Positions 18,911 to 27,111 of a stretch of DNA of 32,000 bases are shown in pieces. The position numbers and the translations under genes are program-made. Each line of letters begins with the position of its first letter. Position 1 is the stretch's first letter. A model generated the notes under the pieces. That model was not told the origin of the DNA and ran no database searches. It saw only the letters and a list, made by a program, of their open reading frames with translations. This DNA is from Candidatus Methanoperedens sp. (GTDB taxonomy: Archaea; Halobacteriota; Methanosarcinia; Methanosarcinales; Methanoperedenaceae). The stretch lies in assembly GCA_027460535.1 (NCBI GenBank), contig JAPZAR010000035.1, positions 1 to 32,000 on the forward strand, read 5' to 3'.

Positions 18911-19828
18911 ATGGTGGAAGAAATTAAGAAAATCCTAAGCAATAGCATGGAAACCTATACAAAGAACCTCAACCTGATTATTCCGTTTATTCTTAATGCT
19001 GTTGTAACTGGCCTGTTGACTGTCATAATAATTATGGGTGGATTTTTTTACATCTTTGGTTCTTCATTATCCTCTCTTGAGAACGCCCACACCCCGGAAC
19101 AGCTCATTTTGATCATTCTACCACTGATAAGCCAGCACCTTTCTGATATCGTTTTATTGATAATTATCTATTTTTTGATAGCCACGTTTTTCCAGTCTTT
19201 TTTTACAGCAGGAGCTATCGGAATGGCACAGAAAGCCACTGAGGCCGGAAGGTCTGAGCTATCCACCATGATGGAAGCAGGAAAGAAGAACGTGGTGAAC
19301 CTGTATCTTGCCCAAATCCTGGTGGGGTTGCTTGCACTGGCAGGTATCGTTTTTATTGTTCCTGGGGCGATGAAAATTGACCTTAGTAATTTTTCATTAG
19401 AATCAAACACCGGGGCTGTCATGTTACTCAAGGCCGGGGTTCTCTTATGGGCACTTTATGCGATAATAATAAGTCTTGTCCTGGCCGTTTACAGCTATGC
19501 GCTGGTAATAGAAAATCTCGGGGCTGTTGAAGGCATAACCGCAGGATTTGGGTTTTTTACAAAGAACAAGTCTGATGTATTCCTGCTATGGCTGATCATA
19601 GGGATTATAGTAATTGTTCTCACTTTTATCGGAGAGGTAACGAGGGTCGTTCCTGTGATGAATGTAATATGGCAACTTATCAATGTTCTGCTGAGCGTTT
19701 TAGTCATCCCTCCCCTGACAACGCTGTGGTGGGTCCGCCTCTATATGTCCAGGACTGGCAAGAAGATATATTTCAACGAGCTTCTGGCGCACCCTAACGA
19801 TCTCGAAAAGTACAAAAGCGATCAATAA
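18911..19828 (+). CDS. Hypothetical polytopic membrane protein (305 aa)
   Basis: About 6-7 hydrophobic segments. It is on the same strand as, and downstream of, the DUF366/DUF131 genes. I recognise no family. Confidence 0.55.
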   Translation: MVEEIKKILSNSMETYTKNLNLIIPFILNAVVTGLLTVIIIMGGFFYIFGSSLSSLENAHTPEQLILIILPLISQHLSDIVLLIIIYFLIATFFQSFFTAGAIGMAQKATEAGRSELSTMMEAGKKNVVNLYLAQILVGLLALAGIVFIVPGAMKIDLSNFSLESNTGAVMLLKAGVLLWALYAIIISLVLAVYSYALVIENLGAVEGITAGFGFFTKNKSDVFLLWLIIGIIVIVLTFIGEVTRVVPVMNVIWQLINVLLSVLVIPPLTTLWWVRLYMSRTGKKIYFNELLAHPNDLEKYKSDQ

Positions 19829-19849
19829 ACCGCATGCTGCGTTCACGAA

Positions 19850-21064
19850 TTAAAGTCTTTCAAGGAAAGCTTCTATCCGGGAAAGCGCTTCTGCGAGATC
19901 CTCGCGAGACGTTGCATAAGAACACCTGAGATACCCGGCACCGCAATCTCCGAATACATCGCCCGGTACAACCGCGACTTTGTGCTCTTTTAAAAGCCTT
20001 CCTGCGAACTCTTCAGAAGAGAGACCCGTGCTTTTTATGCTTGGAAAAGCGTAGAACGCTCCTTTAGGCTCAAAGCATTCAAGCCCGAGCCTGTTCAGTC
20101 CACTTACTATCAGGCGGCGCCTCCTGTCGTACTCCCTCACCATCTTTTGCATTTCCGCGTTTCCGTTCTTAAGGGCTTCTATGGCTCCCATCTGGGCTGT
20201 TATTGGCGCGCAGAGCATAGCATATTGATGGATCTTGGTCATGGCGCCGATCAAATCCTCACTTCCTGCGGCAAAGCCCAGCCGCAATCCCGTCATGGCG
20301 TGCGATTTTGAGAAACCGTTCAGTACAATGGTTCTCTCTTTCATCCCCCCCAGCGAAGAGAAGCAGGTATGAGCGCCGTCATATGTCAATTTCCCGTACA
20401 CCTCGTCCGAGATCACCGCAAGATCATTTTCATTGACAACATCCGCGATTTCTTCGAGGTCGTTTTTCCGCATGACAGCACCTGTGGGATTATTGGGATA
20501 ACTTAAAACAAGAGCCTTGGTTTTTTTTGTGATGCTCTTTTCTATCTGCTCTGCCGTGACCCTGAACTCATTATCCTGATTGGTGGGGACGGGCACAGGT
20601 TTGCCGCCCGCAAGGGATACGCTGGGTTTATAGGAAACATAGCACGGTTCCGGGATTATGACCTCATCCCCGGGGTCGATTATCGCCCTGAATGCCAGGT
20701 CAGCCGCTTCGCTCACGCCTGTTGTGACAAGGATCTCGTTTCCCGGGTCATAGTCGATCTGATGTTCGGTCATGTAGCTTTTTGATATCAGCTCGCGCAA
20801 TTCAAGCAAACCATAATTTGAAGTATATGACGTAAACCCTTTCTCAAGCGAATAGATACACGCCTCCCTGATATGCCAGGGTGTGACAAAATCCGGTTCT
20901 CCCACTCCAAGTGATATGACTCCATCCATCTCAAGGACAAGGTCGAAGAATTTCCTTATCCCGGAAGGAGGTATGTTCCTTACCTTCTCGCAAACGAATT
21001 TTCCGGGCATGACATCACGGGGATACAGCAAGGCGTTCTGAGCGCTCTTTCTCGAATAAGACAT
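19850..21064 (-). CDS. Class I/II pyridoxal-phosphate aminotransferase (aspartate/aromatic type)
   Basis: PPSGIRKF near the N-terminus, NPTG, and the PLP-lysine motif NGFSKSHAMTGLRLG. The ATG at 21064 has GGAGGA 5 nt upstream. Alternative starts are 21010 (MPGKF...) and the track's 21094. Confidence 0.85.
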   Translation of the reverse strand: MSYSRKSAQNALLYPRDVMPGKFVCEKVRNIPPSGIRKFFDLVLEMDGVISLGVGEPDFVTPWHIREACIYSLEKGFTSYTSNYGLLELRELISKSYMTEHQIDYDPGNEILVTTGVSEAADLAFRAIIDPGDEVIIPEPCYVSYKPSVSLAGGKPVPVPTNQDNEFRVTAEQIEKSITKKTKALVLSYPNNPTGAVMRKNDLEEIADVVNENDLAVISDEVYGKLTYDGAHTCFSSLGGMKERTIVLNGFSKSHAMTGLRLGFAAGSEDLIGAMTKIHQYAMLCAPITAQMGAIEALKNGNAEMQKMVREYDRRRRLIVSGLNRLGLECFEPKGAFYAFPSIKSTGLSSEEFAGRLLKEHKVAVVPGDVFGDCGAGYLRCSYATSREDLAEALSRIEAFLERL

Positions 21065-21494
21065 CGCCGTCCTCCTTGTAAGTGCGCAGCACAAAATGCG
21101 TTACAGTCCCCTGCACCTGCTCAAGCGTGGCTATTTTTTCAGCCACAAAAAAAGCCACGTCTTTCATGGACTTTCCGCGGACTGTCAGGGATAGGTCGTG
21201 ATCCCCGGAAATAAGCCGTACCGACCTGACCTCCGGGAACTTGGCGATACGCTCGGCTATGGCGTCGTACCCGGTCCGTGATCGAAGGGCGACCTTTAGC
21301 TCAATAATGGCATACACGTATTCCTCGCCTGCCTTTTCCCAATCGATAACTGTCTTGTACTTCCTTATAATCCCCTTTTTTTCCATCTCTTTGATCTTTG
21401 AGGCCACGGCAGCTTCCGTAATTCCCGTCATGGTCGCGATTTCTTTATGTCCGATCCTCGGGTCGCTTTCCAGTATTTCCAGTATTTCTTTCAT
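21015..21494 (-). CDS. Lrp/AsnC-family transcriptional regulator
   Basis: N-terminal HTH (ILEILESDPRIGHKEIATMTGITEAAVASKIKEMEKKGII) followed by a RAM-like domain (YVYAIIELKV...SGDHDLSLTV). Confidence 0.85.
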   Translation of the reverse strand: MKEILEILESDPRIGHKEIATMTGITEAAVASKIKEMEKKGIIRKYKTVIDWEKAGEEYVYAIIELKVALRSRTGYDAIAERIAKFPEVRSVRLISGDHDLSLTVRGKSMKDVAFFVAEKIATLEQVQGTVTHFVLRTYKEDGDVLFEKERSERLAVSP

Positions 21495-21665
21495 AGTCGT
21501 GCCTCGCCTGTTTTCTATGCTTTAAGGGTTAATAGGCTTTGTGTTGTTTTTAACGATAGGAAATTATAAACGCAGGTGAACGCCTGGAGTTGCATCCGTT
21601 AGAAATCATAGACCTGCATCACAATTATGGAATTGAATACTGGCACAGGCGTGGCTTTAGGGGTT

Positions 21666-22025
21666 TCAAAATTTTGCTTTAAAAATATTTTTCATATGGA
21701 AATCAAAATACCCAGCCTGAATATGATCTATTTTTCCAAAAATTGTTTTATTGTGATATTCTTCCTCGATATCGCGATGAAGGCAAATTCGTTTTGAATA
21801 GTCTATAGCGATATTACCACACTCAAATTCTGTATGATGATTAGGACAAAGTGCTATTATATTATCATATTTATCATAATCTTTTTTATTTTTAAGAGGT
21901 CTGACGTGCGCGCCTTCAACTAATAAACGACCATTATAGTCCTTCTTATTCCATCCGCAAATAACGCAAGCATTTCCACATAAATTAATCCCTTTTTCAC
22001 TCTCCTGACTATTTCGGGATACCAT
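21666..22025 (-). CDS. HNH (HNH_2-like) endonuclease, small stand-alone protein
   Basis: CVICGW (CxxC) ... EGAHVRPLKN...YDNIIALCPNHHTEFECGNIAIDY fits the aHI.P...N.l.LcpnhH..FD.G.i.id pattern of His-Me finger nucleases. The first ATG (22025) overlaps the 3' end of the upstream gene by 17 nt. The track start at 22076 is a TTG. Confidence 0.75.
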   Translation of the reverse strand: MVSRNSQESEKGINLCGNACVICGWNKKDYNGRLLVEGAHVRPLKNKKDYDKYDNIIALCPNHHTEFECGNIAIDYSKRICLHRDIEEEYHNKTIFGKIDHIQAGYFDFHMKNIFKAKF

Positions 22026-23202
22026 ACATAATCCACTCACTGGTTTTAGGAGCGATGTTCCTATCAACAGTATCAAATAAAATTCTCCACAAATTCGGAT
22101 CTTTACTCATCTGGTTTATTTGATTATGGTGGTTCTTGTACGTCCTCGTTATTTCTTGAAGTAGTTGGTTTCCTATACGGTTAAAAATTTTTTCTGGTTT
22201 TTCATACCATCCAATCCTTTCACTCGCTTCATCGTATTTCACTACTCCTCGAAAGCTTGACAATAAGGGCAGCAGAAATTGTATTGGCAAATCCCAGATG
22301 ATATCTTTGCCCAAAAATATTGTTTTTCTTGGATTATCTTTTCGACTCGTTATTACACCGAGGTTTGTAAAACCTCGTGGCGCAGAGTCATGAAAAGTTG
22401 TGAGAATATGCTCTTCTAAATTAATAATATCATTAACTAATGGATACGTATGTAAAAATTCATTTTGATGCCCCAGCCAATAATTGAATGTTGCATTTTT
22501 GCTTGTTGCAGATTTATTTGGTTGTTCCGTCCCATCATGCCAATTACTTTGATAGGATTTAATATTAAATAGATTCAACCGTGCAATAAGGTCAACAGCG
22601 GTTAGTCCCCTATCATTAGGTACTTTTCGATTTTCAAACCAAATGATATGTTTTTCAAAATCAGCATTCATTGAAAGTTTTATCTTTGCAAAATATCCCC
22701 GTTTTTCAGCAACAGAATATGATTTTACGTTAGAAGCTGTATTCCTACTTGCAGCAATCATTGCAAGCTTTTCAGGTGAAAATTCCTGTTCAATAACATC
22801 CAAGCGTACAACAGCCTTCGAAATATCTTGTTCTTTCTTTGTGTCCAAAAGGGCTAGTTGTGTATGCCCTCCATTTACGATTCCTGTTCCAGGAGGAAAA
22901 TTTATTTTGACGGTCTTATTTTTTTTATTTACAGTCACCGTCACCTTAGTTGAGATTACATCAATTCCCCCGTTTTGTAGTAAAAAATCAATAGGGGCTG
23001 TCTTTAACGTTTTTATCATATCCTTATAAGGTTGTGATTTCTCCGATGGTTCTCTAACATTAGCATCCAACGGTAAATCTAAATAATCACTACCTTTTAT
23101 GAAAAAAGTGTACATTCGTGGATAACCTGGTACATCATACGTTTTATATTCTATAAAATCCATCTCGACTTCTGTTGGGGTAGACCTTGTACCTGATGGC
23201 AT
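22009..23202 (-). CDS. AIPR-like / ParB-Srx-like protein ('IVNGGHTQLALL' motif), candidate abortive-infection or restriction component
   Basis: The 397-aa ORF has AAGGGA upstream of the ATG. DANVREPSEKSQPYKDMIKTL...FLLQNGGIDVIS and GTGIVNGGHTQLALLD resemble, from memory, the N.R...I..TL...F...NNGITI and NG.QT blocks of the AIPR family. They also fit the (D/N)G(Q/G)(H/Q)(R/T) motif position of DGQHR/DUF262 ParB-fold proteins. This is not verified by any search. Confidence 0.5.
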   Translation of the reverse strand: MPSGTRSTPTEVEMDFIEYKTYDVPGYPRMYTFFIKGSDYLDLPLDANVREPSEKSQPYKDMIKTLKTAPIDFLLQNGGIDVISTKVTVTVNKKNKTVKINFPPGTGIVNGGHTQLALLDTKKEQDISKAVVRLDVIEQEFSPEKLAMIAASRNTASNVKSYSVAEKRGYFAKIKLSMNADFEKHIIWFENRKVPNDRGLTAVDLIARLNLFNIKSYQSNWHDGTEQPNKSATSKNATFNYWLGHQNEFLHTYPLVNDIINLEEHILTTFHDSAPRGFTNLGVITSRKDNPRKTIFLGKDIIWDLPIQFLLPLLSSFRGVVKYDEASERIGWYEKPEKIFNRIGNQLLQEITRTYKNHHNQINQMSKDPNLWRILFDTVDRNIAPKTSEWIMYGIPK

Positions 23203-23458
23203 TATATCCCTTCATTTATAATTATATTTTATATTAGGTCTTTGAATGTATTTTATTACTTTAATAAGTTTTGGTCATATAATATTTTTGTCATATTTTT
23301 TATAATGATTGTTCAAAAATAAAAATTAAGGCGATATGCGCCACCGATACGAAGCATCGGCCCATTTCCAAGTTGAAAGTGGTGTGTTTGCTGATTTGTT
23401 GTTTCTTGAAACCTGTTTCCAAAGCTTTTTATCGAAATAACCTGTCTCTTAGGGGGAT

Positions 23459-24103
23459 ATGAGGGCAGTCATCCCGTTCAAAAAAAACAATGCCAAATCA
23501 AGGTTATCCGCGATACTCTCCGAAAAAGAGCGCGAAGAGCTTGCGCTGGCAATGCTCTCCGACGTGACGGACGCCCTGCTGGGATCAGGATGTTTCGATA
23601 CAATTGACATCCTTTCGACTTCAATAATCGATTTTGAGAAAGCCAATATAGTATTGACCGAAAAAGGCCTGAACGAGGCATTGAACGAATACCTCGAAAA
23701 AATGTCCTCGCACTCGATGAACGAACCTGTCCTTATTATAATGGCAGACATTCCGCTTGTTTCAACAAATAACATCAAGGAAATTGCAGCATCCCCTGCC
23801 GATGTTGTGATCGTACCTGGGAGGATGGGGGGTACCAATGCCCTGTTTATCCGGGACCCATCAAGTTTCCATGTGGACTATTATGGCGCAAGTTTCTCCA
23901 AGCACAAGGAGATCGCAGCCCGAAGTGGCATTGAAATTGAGGTTTTTGACTCGTTTAACATGAGCACGGATATTGATGAAGTCGCTGATCTTACAGAGAT
24001 TCTACTTCATGGAACAGGACATGCGGCACGTTATCTCAAAAAGCTTGGATTCACAATCGCGGAAGAGGAAAATGGTGGCAGAGTTGGGGTAAAAAGGCTA
24101 TAA
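23459..24103 (+). CDS. cofC: 2-phospho-L-lactate guanylyltransferase (F420 biosynthesis)
   Basis: MRAVIPFK...AKSRLS..LS..EREELALAMLSDVTDAL...MADIPL...GGTNAL is the CofC pattern. AGGGGGA lies just upstream of the ATG. Confidence 0.8.
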   Translation: MRAVIPFKKNNAKSRLSAILSEKEREELALAMLSDVTDALLGSGCFDTIDILSTSIIDFEKANIVLTEKGLNEALNEYLEKMSSHSMNEPVLIIMADIPLVSTNNIKEIAASPADVVIVPGRMGGTNALFIRDPSSFHVDYYGASFSKHKEIAARSGIEIEVFDSFNMSTDIDEVADLTEILLHGTGHAARYLKKLGFTIAEEENGGRVGVKRL

Positions 24104-24159
24104 ATCGTTATTAATACCTAATCGATAACTATATTTGGAGTCTCTCCAAATTTAGAAAT

Positions 24160-24594
24160 GTGAAAGGTATAAATGGACTGGAACTATCCCCCAAAAAGAT
24201 AGACTACCTGAAATTCCTTAAGGAGAAGAAAAAGGCAAAGACTACCGAGATATCCGATGAGTTCAAAGTCGATCCTTCCACGACAACCAAGATATTGCTC
24301 GAACTCGCAAAAACAGATCTGGTAACCTATACGCCTTATCATGGCTGTTCTCTTACAGAAAAAGGTATCAAGTACGTAGAATTCTTAAACAGGCGGCATG
24401 GACTTATAGTATGCATGCTGGTAGGGATGGGAATGGATACAAAAACCGCATGCGAAGCTGCTGGAAGATTCGAATATTTTGTCACGAAAGATGTGGTGGA
24501 CACACTTTGCAAGAATTTCTCTCACCCAGACCTTAGTCCATGCGGAACCAGTATAAGTCGCGACACTTGCTGTTGCTGTCCGGGAGGTGGCTGA
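24160..24594 (+). CDS. DtxR/MntR-family metal-dependent transcriptional repressor with a poly-Cys C-terminal tail
   Basis: LSPKKIDYLKFL...TTEISDEFKVDPSTTTKILLELAK..LV...LTEKG...RRHGLIVCML...EAAGRFEYFV...HPDLSPCG follows the DtxR-family layout. It ends ...RDTCCCCPGGG. The start is a GTG. Confidence 0.75.
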   Translation: MKGINGLELSPKKIDYLKFLKEKKKAKTTEISDEFKVDPSTTTKILLELAKTDLVTYTPYHGCSLTEKGIKYVEFLNRRHGLIVCMLVGMGMDTKTACEAAGRFEYFVTKDVVDTLCKNFSHPDLSPCGTSISRDTCCCCPGGG

Positions 24595-24595
24595 G

Positions 24596-25501
24596 ATGAA
24601 CTCTGTAAAGTCTGCATTCACTCTTATTTTACTCATCGTATTGCTTGTGAGTCTCACGGGGTGCATCCAGCAGCCAAAATCAAGTGAAAAGATCAATGTC
24701 GTCACTTCCTTTTATCCTCTTTATGAATTTTCAAAGCGCATCGGGGGTGAAAAGGCCGAGGTATCGGTATTGGTTCCTGCAGGTGCAGAGCCACATGACT
24801 GGGAACCCGGCCCACAGGATATTATCAAAGTAGAATCCGCTCAGATTTTTGTTTATAATGGCGCTGGGCTTGAACCTTACATTGATAAAATTATAACAAA
24901 GACCGAATCCCAGAAATTGATTGTTGTTGATTCAAGCGAAGGGATTGAATTAATTAAAGAAGGAGGGACGCCTGATCCCCATATCTGGCTTGACCCGGTG
25001 CTGGCAAAACACCAGGCAGATGCCATAGAGAAAGCGTTTATTAAAGCCGACCCGAAAAATAGTGATTATTACACGGCCAATGCTCAGGCACTCAGGCAGG
25101 ATCTGGACGCGCTGGGTGCAAATATTTCAAAAGAATTAGCTCCTGCCAAAAAGAAGGTATTTATAACCGCTCACGCCGCATTTGGCTATTTTGCCAAGAG
25201 ATATGGTTTAACGCAAATCGCAATTGCAGGGCTGTCGCCTGACATAGAGCCCAGCCCTGCAAAAATTGTCGAGATTGTTAAACTCGCACAGGAGAATAAA
25301 GTGAAATACATTTTCTTTGAGACTTTAGTAAGCCCGAAGTTATCTGAAACTATTGCAAAAGAAGCGGGGGCGCAAACGCTGGCGCTTAACCCGATAGAGG
25401 GACTTTCCGAAGGTCAGATCAAGCAAGGGGAGAACTACTTTACTTTAATGCGGAAGAATGTGAAAAACCTCAAATTAGCGCTGGATGTAGAGAATGGATG
25501 A
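24596..25501 (+). CDS. Metal ABC transporter substrate-binding lipoprotein (ZnuA/TroA cluster A-I type)
   Basis: Signal peptide plus lipobox (LLVSLTGC). Metal-ligand regions are AEPHDWEP, DPHIWLDP and TAHAAFGYF. A His at the third ligand position, rather than Glu, leans toward the Zn type. The track's alternative GTG start is at 24587. Confidence 0.8.
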   Translation: MNSVKSAFTLILLIVLLVSLTGCIQQPKSSEKINVVTSFYPLYEFSKRIGGEKAEVSVLVPAGAEPHDWEPGPQDIIKVESAQIFVYNGAGLEPYIDKIITKTESQKLIVVDSSEGIELIKEGGTPDPHIWLDPVLAKHQADAIEKAFIKADPKNSDYYTANAQALRQDLDALGANISKELAPAKKKVFITAHAAFGYFAKRYGLTQIAIAGLSPDIEPSPAKIVEIVKLAQENKVKYIFFETLVSPKLSETIAKEAGAQTLALNPIEGLSEGQIKQGENYFTLMRKNVKNLKLALDVENG

Positions 25502-26231
25502 AAATATCATTGAAATAACGGGTGTAAGTTTTAAACAGGACACTTCGGGCATTCTTGAAGATATCAACCTGGTAATAAAGCGTGGAGAATTTTTAGGAAT
25601 CATAGGCCCCAACGGCGCTGGCAAGACCACACTTTTGAAACTAATCCTGGGTTTAATAAAGCCAAATGAGGGAACCATAAAGCTGTTTGGCGAGGATATC
25701 CATCGATTTAAAAAATGGTATAAAATAGGATATATTCCGCAGCATGCCCTGAATTTTGATTCAAATTTCCCCGTGAGCGTTTATGAAGTGGTATCCATGG
25801 GCAGGTTCTCATCAAAAGGTTTGTTCAGGAAGCTGGGGAAGGAAGATATGCAGGCGATAGATGACGCCCTGGAAATAGTAGGCATGAAGGATTATAAAAA
25901 CAGGAGGATAGGGGAACTTTCCGGAGGGCAGCAGCAGCGGGTATTCATAGCCAGGGCTCTTGCAAGCAAGCCGGAATTATTGATCCTGGATGAGCCAACG
26001 GTTGGAGTGGATATAACGGGACAAAAAGAATTCTATGACTTTTTGGAGAGATTGCATAATGAGAAAAAAATTACACTTGTGCTCGTAACCCATGATGTCA
26101 GCAACATATCTTCAAGGGTGAGGAAAATCGCATGCATCAATAAGCGGATGTTCACGGAATGCCATCCTGAGGAACTGTTCGGCTTTGGCCCCGAAGGAAT
26201 GAAGGTCGTGCATCACCTGCATGGAGAGTAA
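25494..26231 (+). CDS. Metal ABC transporter ATP-binding protein (ZnuC-like)
   Basis: Walker A GPNGAGKTT, signature LSGGQQQR, Walker B LLILDEP, H-loop VTHD. Its start overlaps the upstream stop. Confidence 0.9.
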   Translation: MDENIIEITGVSFKQDTSGILEDINLVIKRGEFLGIIGPNGAGKTTLLKLILGLIKPNEGTIKLFGEDIHRFKKWYKIGYIPQHALNFDSNFPVSVYEVVSMGRFSSKGLFRKLGKEDMQAIDDALEIVGMKDYKNRRIGELSGGQQQRVFIARALASKPELLILDEPTVGVDITGQKEFYDFLERLHNEKKITLVLVTHDVSNISSRVRKIACINKRMFTECHPEELFGFGPEGMKVVHHLHGE

Positions 26232-26232
26232 T

Positions 26233-27033
26233 ATGCTGGAAGTATTCCAATACGGTTTCATGCAGCGGGCACTGGTGGCCGGCATTATGATCGCCATAGT
26301 CTGCTCCGTTATCGGGACATTTATAGTTTTAAAAAGACTTTCGATGATCGGGGACGGGCTTTCGCATATCGCACTTGGGGGCGTCGCACTTGGAATGCTT
26401 TTGAATGTTTATCCGGTTTTCACAGCCCTGGTATTCTCAGTCCTTAGTGCTGTGGGCATAAATACGCTGAGACGGGCAAAGATTTATGGGGACGTGGCGA
26501 TAGCCATATTCTTTTCCGCGGGGCTTGCGGTGGCTGTGGTCCTGCTGAGCCTTGCAAAGGGGTTCAATACCGACCTCTTCACATATTTGTTCGGGAGCAT
26601 CCTTACAGTGAACGAGACAGACCTGATGGTGATGCTTGTGCTTGGAATATTTACTACTGGCGCAGTTATCATGTTCTATAAGGAGCTTTTCTATATTACA
26701 TTCGATGAAGCATCTGCAAAAGCCAGCGGTCTTCCCGTGGAAAAACTGAATACCCTGCTGGTTGTCTTGACTGCGATAACGGTAGTAGTGTCGCTAAAAA
26801 TTGTGGGGATCCTGCTGGTTTCTTCTCTACTTGTAGTCCCGGTGGCCACAAGCCTTCAGGTTTCAAGGAATTTCAGGGAGACGATATTTGGCTCGATGGT
26901 TTTTGCGATATTCTCGGTAATAGCGGGATTGACCGTCTCTTTTTATTTCAACCTTGCAGCGGGAGGCGCGATAGTCCTGACATCAGTGATAGTATTCTCA
27001 ATAGTTATGATTTATAAAAGTTATAGGCGATAA
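26233..27033 (+). CDS. Metal ABC transporter permease (ZnuB-like, ABC-3 family)
   Basis: MLEVFQYGFMQRALVAG... is a typical ABC-3 permease N-terminus, followed by about 8 TM segments. The ATG at 26233 directly follows the ZnuC-like stop. The track start at 26221 adds 4 aa. Confidence 0.85.
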   Translation: MLEVFQYGFMQRALVAGIMIAIVCSVIGTFIVLKRLSMIGDGLSHIALGGVALGMLLNVYPVFTALVFSVLSAVGINTLRRAKIYGDVAIAIFFSAGLAVAVVLLSLAKGFNTDLFTYLFGSILTVNETDLMVMLVLGIFTTGAVIMFYKELFYITFDEASAKASGLPVEKLNTLLVVLTAITVVVSLKIVGILLVSSLLVVPVATSLQVSRNFRETIFGSMVFAIFSVIAGLTVSFYFNLAAGGAIVLTSVIVFSIVMIYKSYRR

Positions 27034-27111
27034 GGCCCGGGAAAGAAGTATCCTAATATACTAATGGGCGTAAAGTATAATATCTCACATTATAAGGATG
27101 AATTACAATTT

